In this document: positions 53,736 through 64,000 of the stretch, piece by piece
Position numbering within the stretch: the stretch's first letter is position 1
How the letters are laid out: every line of letters begins with the position of its first letter
Source: Monocercomonoides exilis PA203
Lineage: Eukaryota; Protista; Preaxostyla
NCBI GenBank assembly: GCA_001643675.2
Contig: LSRY02000059.1
Coordinates: 1-64,000, forward strand
DNA: 64,000 nt
Direction: 5' to 3'
Notes under the pieces: generated by a model
What the model saw: the letters and a program-made list of their open reading frames with translations, nothing else
Database searches by the model: none
Told to the model about the DNA's origin: nothing
Position numbers and translations under genes: made by a program

Positions 53736-55139
53736 ATGCTATTAATAGGAATACTGATTTGTATATTTTTTATAAATGCTTATTCTGATGACTTGGATAA
53801 TTCATTTATTTGGGATTTATCTCCTCCACTGACTATTTCTGAGTTTCTATTATTAAAGAGTGAACTGGATTCTGGGAAAAAAATTTCTAAAAATGATGTT
53901 ATGAATATATTATCAAGATTTATTCACGAGCGACTTGAAAATGAAACGCCAATTATCAATCTTACGGAGAAATACTCTTTTTTTGATAGCATGCACAATT
54001 CACCAAAAAAGTTAACTGTTGTCGGGGATTTACACGGATGTCTAGATAGTCTTATCAGTATTTTTGCATTAAATGGCATTCCGTCTCCGACAAATCCATA
54101 TCTTTTTCTTGGAGATTATGTAGATAGGGGAACAAATGGTGTCGAAATTTTTCTTCTTCTATGCATGCTAGAATTGCAAAGTCCGAAATCAATCACTCTA
54201 TTAATGGGGAATCACGAAAAAGATCCAGCCCTTCACATGTTATATGGATTTAATAAAGAAGTTACTGAAAAATATCCTTCATCAGGCTCAAAACTTCAAA
54301 ATGAATATTACCTCATGTTTTTAAAAACATTTCGAAACCTTCCTATTGCGGCTATTCTTCAATCAGATTTTCAAAATTCTGGATCCACAGAAGGAATATT
54401 CTTTGTTCATGGAGGGATTCCCATTCCTCTGGATAATACACAAGGTGATAGCAATAACGAAAACAACATTTGTGAAAACGCTTTATCTTTCAGCGTTTTA
54501 TTAACGCTCGAACCACAGAAAATAATCCAGCATGAATATCCTCTGGAGCCATTTGACAGTGGTATATTTGATGAAAACGACAAATCCAATGAAACGTTGA
54601 GGTTGAGTCAAACTGAATGTCAAAAAGATATTTTTCATCAACTTCTCTGGAACGATCCAGCAAGCGATAAAAAATGTTTGAGAAATCCAGATCTATACTC
54701 TCTTCCTTCTCCGCGTGGTTCAAGAACATTCTTATTTCTCGAAAAAGCAACAGAACTCTTTCTGCAGCAGAATAAAGTCAACTACATCGTTCGAGCACAT
54801 CAATTTGTACCAAATGGCCATTCAGAAGCACATCATGGGCATGTCATTACAGTCTTTTCCTCTGCAACCTACAACACCAGAAAGAAATCTTCAAGTGCCA
54901 ATCATCAACAAGACAGAGGAGCTGTGCTGATCGTAAGAAACAAACAGACATTCGCCAATGAAAAGGATGCAGATGATTCACACAATCAATGGGCTGCATC
55001 TATTCCAGTTCATTTCGAACGGAAAACACAGTCAGAAGGAGAAAACGACGAAATTCTGGATCTTGTGATTAAGGAGTTCGACACATCTATTTTGGATCTG
55101 TTGACACCTGCAGAACCAACTGTTGAAGATGAATTATAA
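53736..55139 (+). CDS. PPP-family Ser/Thr phosphatase (PP5/PP7-like catalytic domain) with signal peptide and C-terminal EDEL
   Basis: GDLHG, NGIPSPTNPYLFLGDYVDRG, GNHE, VHGG, LLWNDP, RAHQ, ITVFS; hydrophobic N-terminus; ends VEDEL-stop. Confidence 0.93.
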   Translation: MLLIGILICIFFINAYSDDLDNSFIWDLSPPLTISEFLLLKSELDSGKKISKNDVMNILSRFIHERLENETPIINLTEKYSFFDSMHNSPKKLTVVGDLHGCLDSLISIFALNGIPSPTNPYLFLGDYVDRGTNGVEIFLLLCMLELQSPKSITLLMGNHEKDPALHMLYGFNKEVTEKYPSSGSKLQNEYYLMFLKTFRNLPIAAILQSDFQNSGSTEGIFFVHGGIPIPLDNTQGDSNNENNICENALSFSVLLTLEPQKIIQHEYPLEPFDSGIFDENDKSNETLRLSQTECQKDIFHQLLWNDPASDKKCLRNPDLYSLPSPRGSRTFLFLEKATELFLQQNKVNYIVRAHQFVPNGHSEAHHGHVITVFSSATYNTRKKSSSANHQQDRGAVLIVRNKQTFANEKDADDSHNQWAASIPVHFERKTQSEGENDEILDLVIKEFDTSILDLLTPAEPTVEDEL

Positions 55140-55535
55140 TTTTTAGAATATTTTTGGATAATTATTTAATCTTTTTTTAGTTGCCTTTCTCATTTTTTGT
55201 TGATTTTGCGTATGATTTTTCAATCAACTTTGAATTTTAATTGTTACTCTATATTTGCATAACAACTTGGATAATATCTTGTTTTATCAATGCACCAAAT
55301 CTTGTTTAATTTACAGAAAAAATAAAAATTCTTTGCCTCTTGAAAGAACACAGCTGAAATGTTAATGTTGTAAATACTTCCAACACTCAGTTTGCTTTCA
55401 TTTCTTTTATTGTATTTAACATTTTATAAAAACAACAGAAAAACTCAACGATAAAAACAATGAAGCAGAACATTAACTAAATATGAACAAACATATTAAA
55501 GTTTAAAGACAGTGAGCGCATGCAAGTGAAGGAGC

Positions 55536-58500
55536 CTATGGAACAAGAGGAGGAGGAGGAAGAGAAAGTCTTGGAATGATTAACGATGGTGTGGGTTCAT
55601 CAACCGTCAGACTAACATTAGACTCATTATTTGCTTCAGTGTGGTTGCTTTGCTGTTCTTGCTTCTTTCCGCTGAATAAGTTTTCAGGCAAAACCAATTC
55701 TTCAAAATCTGTCTTTGAAAGAGGTAGAGAAGGTGAAATGGTCGATGTGTCAATTGGGAAAATCTGCTCCGACGAAAAAGCTGATTGACCTGTGTCTGAC
55801 TGAAGTGGAGAACTCTGATTGTCAGTTGATGAAGAAGACAGAGAAGAAGATGAAGAAGGCGATGAAGAAGGAGAAGATGAAGGCAATGAGGAAGGGGAAC
55901 GTGAAGGAGAAAAAGAAGCAGAAGAAGCAGGTGAGGGCGATGCAGATTGTGGAAGTGGAAGTGAAAGAGAAAGAGAAAGAGAAAGAGGTGGTGGTGGTGG
56001 AGGAGGAGGCAATGGCAAAGAAGAAATAGATAGAGATTTTTGTGGTTGAGGAAGTTGTGAAGCAGCATGTTTTATTGGATTGACTGAGGAATCAACAGAA
56101 GACGAGTCTGTTGTTGCAGTTGCTTGTAATGTTTGGAACATTGCTGGTTGAAAAAGAGGAGAATATGAATGGGAGTTGAAGGGAGGGCTGTTCGACTGAA
56201 CGCTTGGCAACGTATCAGAAAAAGATGAAACGAATGAAGAAGAAGACGAAGAAGACGAAGAAGAAGATGATAATGATGACGATGAAGTCAAAGGAGAGCC
56301 AGTGGTTGAAAGATTGGACATCAGCAAGCTGTTCTTTTCGATGTTGAGCGGAACCAAATTTGCTCCTGTTGGAGTAAAGCCATGCGAGCGCCGTGTCTCA
56401 TTGCGATCAGCATTGCTTCCTGTTCTGAAGTTGCTGGAATCTTCAAATAGATTCGATCTCCCAGAAGCAATGCCAATGCCATCGTTTGCATCATACAATA
56501 TTTTCTGCGAAGATGAAGAATAATCTGCTTTCATACCCTTCGTTCTTGCGACGTACTCGTCCCAGAACACAACCTCCACTTTCTCCTGTTTCCATGTCGA
56601 GCCATTCAGATTCTCTTGGGCGACAGATGCTTCCTTGTGAGAGGAATAAACAGCTCTATAAAGCGCATCAGAAGGGTCTTTCTGTTTCAGAAAGTCGAAC
56701 GAACAGAGCATCCCAAACGAGGCAAAGAGATGCTGCACATCGGCAATTGGGGCAGAACGACTTATTTGGAGCACCATCAGAACTGTCGACGGATCTGCAG
56801 GTGGCGAATGGTCTGACTGCTGCGCGTAAGGTGAATGGAGCGAAGGGGCTCTGTCGCGATGGCTCCGCTGTCCGTATTTGCTCGATGGATTATGCTTTGA
56901 ATAGCGCGATCGCCTGCCCGAAAAACCAGAGGAAGAGGATCTGAATGAGGATCGATGGCTTCCTCTGCCTCCTCTCCCATAAGATGATCTGCTGTTGTTT
57001 GCGGAACTTCTCCTTTCGTAGAAATCATTACCAGCACTACCTGCACTGGGGATCACTTCACTTTTATTGTAGCTGCTTTTGTGCATCATTCTCTGTTTGC
57101 TTTCATCGGATACTCCGCTCAGCTCAGACATCGACCAGTCTTGTGGGAAGCCTTCTCCACTCTGTTTGGCATCCCCTGCTCCAACAAGAATGACCTTGTT
57201 GTCATCTTTCCCTTTGACTTTCATGAAATCCGTTCCGCTGCCTTTGCCAGTTCCTCGTTGGACAGTTTCTTCAATCACCCTCTTCACAATTGCCTGCGCA
57301 TCTTCTTCTGAGGCACATCTGATAAATGCACGCTCGCTGGACACAGGCAGCGAGACAGACAGAATGGCTGCTTGGCGGCCGGCAGAGGAAGACGTGTTGG
57401 TTGAAGCGACGGAATAGGGAAAGTTCTCTGAAAGCACATTGATCAGCATCCGCTCAGTGACGGAGCGGCGGATGGGGCCGAGTGAGATTGAGCTGCGTGT
57501 GATGCGACACATTGGCACAGAAGAGCAAAGGGAGGAGAGATCAGTCTGACTTGTGTGAGGTGCATAGCCAGCTGTGCTAGAGGAAGTGCTAAAAGAAGAA
57601 GCAGAACGAAGTGGAGGAGCAGAAGAGTTGATCAGAAATGAAGAAAAAGATGATGCTGCTTCAGTTGTGTTTGAAGGTGCACTTGGTGAAGAAGAAGCAG
57701 AAGCAGAAGCAGAAGCAGAAGAAGGAACGAAATGAGATGCCATCAGTGGATGAAGTGAAGAAGATGATGAGTGAAATGCAGAAGAATTTGAATGGACATC
57801 AGGAGATTGTGAAAGTGAGTCATTGGGAGACATTTGAGAAAATGAAGAAGAAGATGCGTTTGAAGGATTTGCAAAGGAATTCTGCTTAGACGAAGATTTC
57901 CGAGCTGGTGATGAATCCGCTTTCGTATCATCAAATTTTATTTTTTTGGTTTTTGTTCTTTTGACCCTTTTAACTTTCAAATTCTCTTCCGCTTTTCTCT
58001 CTTCTTCCATCAACAATTTTGTTTTTTGTCGAAGCTCCTCAATTCGTTCTATTTCTCTTTTTAGTTCTCCTTCTTTGAGAACCGCTATTTCATGCAGAAG
58101 ACGCTTCTCTCTCTCCATTTGCGCCTTTTCCTTCATCTGCCTCAGTTTTTTCATCTTTTCTCTTTTTTGTTGCTTTTTCAAATTCTCCATTAATCGCTTT
58201 CTTGCAGTTTCTAAATCACGTTCTCTGTCCCTTTCACCTTCCTTTAAAAGGCGAGTAATGGAACGCGCATCTAATGTTTTTTGTTCGCGAAATTTTGTTG
58301 GATGTGGCTGTACATTATCAACAATTAAAACATCTGAATCTGCATCAGATTCGCTTTCATCGAAATCATTTGTTTCACTATCTGAAAGTACGTCGATTAA
58401 ATTTGTAGTAGCTGATTTTTTCTCTTTTATCAAAGACTGTTTCTGTTTCAACACATCATTTTTTGTTCTTTTTGAAGGTTGCTCAATTACAAAAAGATCT

Positions 58501-58911
58501 TCATCCACTTCACTATCCTCTTCAGCTGAAATCGGATGATTAGATCCTCCAAGAGAGAAAGAATCTAATATTTTTGATTTTGATCTGCTCAGGTATGGGG
58601 TAAAGGCAGCTGAACTTTGATTATTTAATGATTTTTGATTATCTTTAAATTATTGATAAAGCAATAAAATAAAATATATATTCAATGGAATACATTTTTC
58701 AAAATAAAATGAAAAATAAAGAATTAAAAATACCATCACTCAAAAGTTCCTTGGGCGTTGAAAGAATTTTTTTAGAATTATCCATTTCATGCTTATTTCT
58801 TGTTGGAGAATTAAAAGAAAATTGAAAAAAATTTTCTATTTCCTTCTCTCTGTCGGTAGAACTTGGAGCCCCTGCAATTTCATCGACAACTTCTTCAAGA
58901 AAATCAAACAT
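55536..58911 (-). CDS. RRM-containing, Ser/Pro-rich protein
   Basis: 990-aa ORF plus probable 5' exon from ATG 58911. RRM-like TVLMVLQISRSA..VQHLFASFG..AVYSSHKEASVAQENLNG..VEVVF and a second degenerate RRM (RAFIRCASEEDAQAIV). RG/RS-rich linker. Confidence 0.7.
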
Positions 58912-59049
58912 ATGAATTATGTTTGATCGTGCATATAATATAAAGATTTTCTTATTAAAAACCTTCAAAATTTGTTATTGGAAAGGCATAAAATCAGGAA
59001 AAGCTACTATAACTTTTTTACGTTATTAACATCTTGGAAAAGTAGCTAA

Positions 59050-62000
59050 ATGCAGACGCCTATTCCATGTCCGCCGTCGCCGCAGCCTTTACAATATAAA
59101 ACATTATCATCAATAATATATACAACAAAAATTACAAAAACATTATCTTCCGATGGCTATAGAATTATCAATCAATATAAAATTCTTAATAAACTTGGTG
59201 AAGGTCGTTTCGCATCCGTGTTTCAGTGTATAAATATGTTAAGTGGATTAAAATACGTTTGCTCATGAAGATTATTTGTTAGAATATTTGATTTTTTATA
59301 ATTTTCTGTAGGCAATGAAAGTTTTGAGAAGACCTTCATCAAAAAAAGTGTTTTATCATGAACGCGGGAACAGGCCAACAGTTGAAATCTTGGTTATGAA
59401 GATGCTTCGGGATCATCCGTCATTTGTTCATCTTCACGAAGTTATACATAAGCATAGCGATCATACTATATATTTGATTATGGACCTTTGCGAAGGTGGG
59501 CAACTTATTCAATCGAGAAAAACGATGAAGATAGTTGAAGCTATTGATCCTGTTATTAGTAGCGATGATAGCGAAAGTTCACCCGAGACAAATAACTCAG
59601 AAGAGCAAAAGCAAAAGATTGTAAAAGAAAGAAAAACGGGTCCAAGGAAAATTGTTGTACAATCCATCCAATTTGATCCATTACCGCCAATTTTAGCTAC
59701 ATATTATCTTCGAGATCTTCTTCCGGCACTTCATAAAATGCATTCGATGGGGATAATTCATCGTGACATAAAGCCACCGAACTTGCTTTTAATGAATGAC
59801 GGACGATTAAAAATATCTGATTTTGGGGCATGCGCAATACTAAAGCACGCGAAACAGAAACTCAAGGAAACTGCAGGGACTGTTGCTTTTCTTGCACCAG
59901 AAGTTTTCAAAGGAGGGCTTTTTGAAGGGCCACCTGTGGATTCTTGGTCAGTTGGAATAACAACGTATATTTTCTGCTTTGGAACATTTCCATTTGGCAG
60001 CGACAATGATTTAACCGATGAGCAACTCATAAACGAGATCCAGACAAAAGATGTGGTATTTCCAGCATCAATGCCTGACATAATGGATAGCCCAGAGAAT
60101 TCAACACAGCATTTAACATCAACCGATCCAGAGACGCCTCAACCTCCACAATCTTCAGCACAGACAGTACCTGTTCCGCTGACACTGAAGCATTTTATTT
60201 CTTCTCTTTTGTGCAAAGACCCAGCACAGCGGATGACCATCCCTGAGGCGTGTGTACACCCGTGGCTTCTCGAAGGCTTCACCCGGCCCATTCCGCTGTC
60301 GTTTCTGAAGGAGAGCGGATTCGAAGACGCCGATTTGAGGCTATCAGAGAAGATGCTGCATTGGAGAGAGAGCGAAACCAGCCGGTGGAGACGGATGATG
60401 CTGAGAGAATCAGTGAAACCTGTGCATCAGCTGCTCGGCACAGAAACACGAGCGCTTTCAGCTAACAGCGAAGAGAAGACAGCGCTCAAAGAAGTGGTGG
60501 AGAAGGTGATGGAGAAGGAGAAAGAGAAGCTGAGCAACATGAAGGAGGATCAAGGACTTCTTCGGGAAGATCTGTTGAAGATGCTGCATGAACAGACACA
60601 CTACCCAGCACAAGACCTCTCATTTCCTCTGTCTCTGTCGCAGAGAGAGCAGCTCGAGCTGTTTGAGGAATGGTGTTTGGCTTATCGAAAGGAAATCAGC
60701 GAGAAAACTGGGCAAAAAGCTACCGATCAGCCAGATGATAGCACAGAAGACGAGTTGGACGACGAAAGTCAGTCATTTCACAGCAGCAGTCTTTCGTCGC
60801 TGCTCGTCTCGTCTCCGTCTGTTCAGTCGCCTCCTTCGTCTCCCTTTTCTGTCTCTCTGACAATCCCTCCACGTCACAAGCACTCCAGTTCTGACTCCTC
60901 TTCCTCTCCTTACTCAAAAGAGACACAGCCATCGAATTGCTCTCTTCTGCCGCACAATCACCATTCATTTCGCCCTCTCCACACACTCCACCATCGCCAC
61001 CATCATCGCCATCGCCGCTCTCTCCGCAGCAAGCCCCACACACAGAGCTATGCGCACCGCTGGCTGCACAACTTTCACAAAGGCAGAAGCAACTCCATCT
61101 CATCTCCTGCCTACGCACGTAGTTTGAGTGAGCGTCGATATCCTCCTCAGATATCTGCTGCACCGCGCGCAATCCACACACCACAGACCATTCAGCACGT
61201 GCTGTCATCAGGCTCTGTCTGCTCTGATAGCGACATCTCGCTGCATCTCCCTTCTCCCTTCACCCCCCATCTCTCTCTCTCCTCCAGACCAAAGCCAATC
61301 TCTGCACCTCTCCCGTTTATACCTCGGCCTGAGGTGTTCTCCTCTTCCATCAGCACATCACAGCTCACCCGGCTCATACACGATGCACAGAACTTTTCAG
61401 TCAACGGCTCATTCGCATCAGCATCTGAACGCGGATCGCAGATGTCGTTCTCTTCGCTCTCTGCATCTAACTGCTATTCTCCTTCGGCTTCTTTTATGCA
61501 GCCTTCTGATGTTGATCCAAACATGGTTGTCCTTCCTTCCTTCACATTTCACCCAGACACACTGCCAACTTCACTTCCTGTTTCTCCTGCCCCTATCAGT
61601 TCGAATCAATCTCGTTCATACACACCACAAGGATCAGCATCATTAACTCCACAGCCACCGTATTACATTCCATATGTACCCGCATCTTCGCCATCTCCAC
61701 TTCCCTTGGCATACGCTGCAACACCCAGCTCTCTTCCGTCTGCGCCATCCACATCGCCCATCACCATTCCTCCTTCGACAGCTCTTTCTGTGCCTCCTCC
61801 GCGCGAGTGCACTCCTCCCCAGTCAAAAAGCAGCAGCAGCCAGAACATCTCAGACGACACAAGCAGCGAAGACAGTGAAGTTCCAATCACTTTGATGGAC
61901 AAGTCTGGCCATTGGATCACGAAAGTATCGTCTGGAACACGCCACACTTCACCTTCTGCCAGAAACAGCGCGGCTTCTGCTTCTCCTCGTATTATTTCTT

Positions 62001-64000
62001 CGCCAACACGTAACTCACCATCTTCTGCGTCAAAGAAATCGAAAAGCCACCATCCCAAATATCAGCATGGTCTCCGCTTTATCACGCCGTTCACTCCGCC
62101 CATCCAATCAGAAGGAGAAGACAGCGATTCAGATGATGACAGAAACGATTATGCTGCTCCAGCTGATCCGCCACTCGATATTGCTGACCCTTCTTCTCTT
62201 CTTTCTGATGAAAATTCTTTTCACTCAGCCGCAATCCAGAACAGCACGCATGATTTTGCAGTTCTTTCTGATCTGACTGATTCCTCTGACTCTTCATACG
62301 ACGGGGTTGTCACGATCGTAGGAGCACCTCCGCTTGCATCAACGGCCGAAACACAAATGCAGCCTCGGAATCAAGCAAATCAAAGCAACTCTTCTTCACA
62401 CACACTTCTTAAAGCTGCTTCTCAAAAATCGCAGTTGTCAAACAACAGCGCAGATCTAAGTGTGCATATGCAATCAGATGAATGTTTGCGTCACTCTCCG
62501 TTTCACCAAAGGATCCAAGCAGCGCGCAGTCCATGTCCGGAATCAATGAGTCATGCATTCTCTCTTTTGCCTCCACCACCTGCACAGGTCCCTCCTTTGC
62601 ATCAGCTTGCTCCACCGCCTCCTGCACTGGAATCTTCCGACGTTGCCATCTCGCCTTCAGACACTTATCAGCAGAGCACAAAGTCAGAAGCGAGCAATCA
62701 GAGTGGCTCAAGCAAACACAGATCACCTCCAATCCCTCCACCTCCGCGCTTTGATGATCCCAAGGCAGTCCACATTGAAGACATGATGCCTCTTCCTAAG
62801 CTCAATGATCCGTTTAGCGAAGACTCACAATCTGATTCTGAACGAGAAAGCTTATCTGATTCGTCACAATCAACAAAAAGTTCTGGAGACACCAGCAGCT
62901 CTTCTACGAACACACAAAATTCAGTGAGCAGCGACGAAGCTGAAAGCTCAATGAATGTTGCAAATGCAAAAATGCAACCTGAGGTAGAGGAAGAAGACGA
63001 ATATTTTGGTGCTTTTGCACGTTTGCTAGATGAGGAAGACGATGACGATCAGCAAGTGGCTTCAATCATTGGCAAAAAAAGCAAAGCAAATACTCCAACA
63101 AGTGCGCAATCTTCGGCTTCATCGACTCCGCCTCCTTTGTTTGGGTGCGAAAAGCCAGTTTTTGATCCCAAGGCATTTGATAGAGATGGAATTATCACCA
63201 TTCAAAACGAGCATCTTCTGGATGACATTGATGGTGATGAAAGTGATGATGATTTTCAACAGTCGATGCTCAACCTATTTCAGTCCTGTCCAACGCCCTC
63301 AAGCAAGCAACAGAATTATCCAACGCCTTCACCTCCAATGTTCTATTCTTCACCCCATTCTGTTGCTCCTTTTTCAACAGCAAGATCTGCAGCATCTTCT
63401 GCTGGATCAAATTCAATTGAAAGTAAAACGTCTTTTCCGCTACAGAATCAGCCATCAGCACAGTTTAATTACCAAACTTCAAATGTGTCACCGCAAAATT
63501 CTAAAAACTCGATTAACAATAATTCTTCAACAATTCCTCCAGCTCCTCCTCTTCCGCTTGCATCAGAAATTGCAAGGAATAGATTAAGAGCACATTACAA
63601 CGCATATCGAAATGCGATAAATAGCGATTTATCTTCTTTAAATAATTCTTCAAAGGAAGACACGCAGAATCCTCTTTCAAAAGTCGAAGGCGAAACAGAT
63701 TTTGCAACTACCGCGCTAACTGCACGTTTGGCAGGGTGCTCTGTTGATGATGCACTTAGTCTTTTATCTCCCAAGCAATCTCGCGTTTTTTCACCTATTC
63801 CACCATCTCCATTTGCGTCATCACTTTCAATGCAATCTTCATCTGCAGACAGGTCATGCAACAATTCAACTCCTGCATCAATTCCATCGACAATTTCATC
63901 TCCTACTCAAGTGCACAGTTTTGCCCAAAAGTTTTCTTCTCCTTTGCAAAAGCAAGATACAAGTTCAGATGTAACAATAGCTCATACTTGGTCAATGCTT
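59050..64000 (+). CDS. CaMKK-like Ser/Thr kinase with long Ser/Pro-rich tail (runs off window)
   Basis: Exon 1 IINQYKILNKLGEGRFASV, intron ~59257-59311, then AMKVL, IIHRDIKPPNLL, KISDFG, TAGTVAFLAPE, VDSWSVGIT. The frame appears to stay open to the window end, which would explain its absence from the ORF track. Confidence 0.88.

Overview
Left end of a chromosome from an AT-rich, intron-containing eukaryote using the standard code. An oxymonad (Monocercomonoides-like) origin is my inference from the ~3 kb SSU rDNA and a gene family I associate with that genome. Layout: (CCCTAA)n telomere to 2678; a 5.7 kb module (2679-8360) with a degenerate tRNA, a highly base-paired ~340-nt RNA-like island, a phased 63-bp repeat array and an intact tyrosine recombinase carrying a C-terminal telobox-like Myb domain; a short second telomeric tract (8305-8361); one minus-strand rDNA unit whose LSU is cut off at that tract; then compact housekeeping genes (EH/IQ coiled-coil protein, Pho88/Snd3, RIO2, CH-domain-RPN7 fusion, RPS15A, ARPC3, MCM6, NDR kinase, helical-repeat protein, PPP phosphatase with signal peptide and EDEL, RRM protein, CaMKK-like kinase) with decayed Tc1, Merlin and MITE elements at 40.8-45.2 kb. 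The best candidate for a new system is the telomere-bracketed recombinase-Myb plus structured-RNA module. Exon boundaries and RNA helices were read by eye; no searches or folding programs were run.
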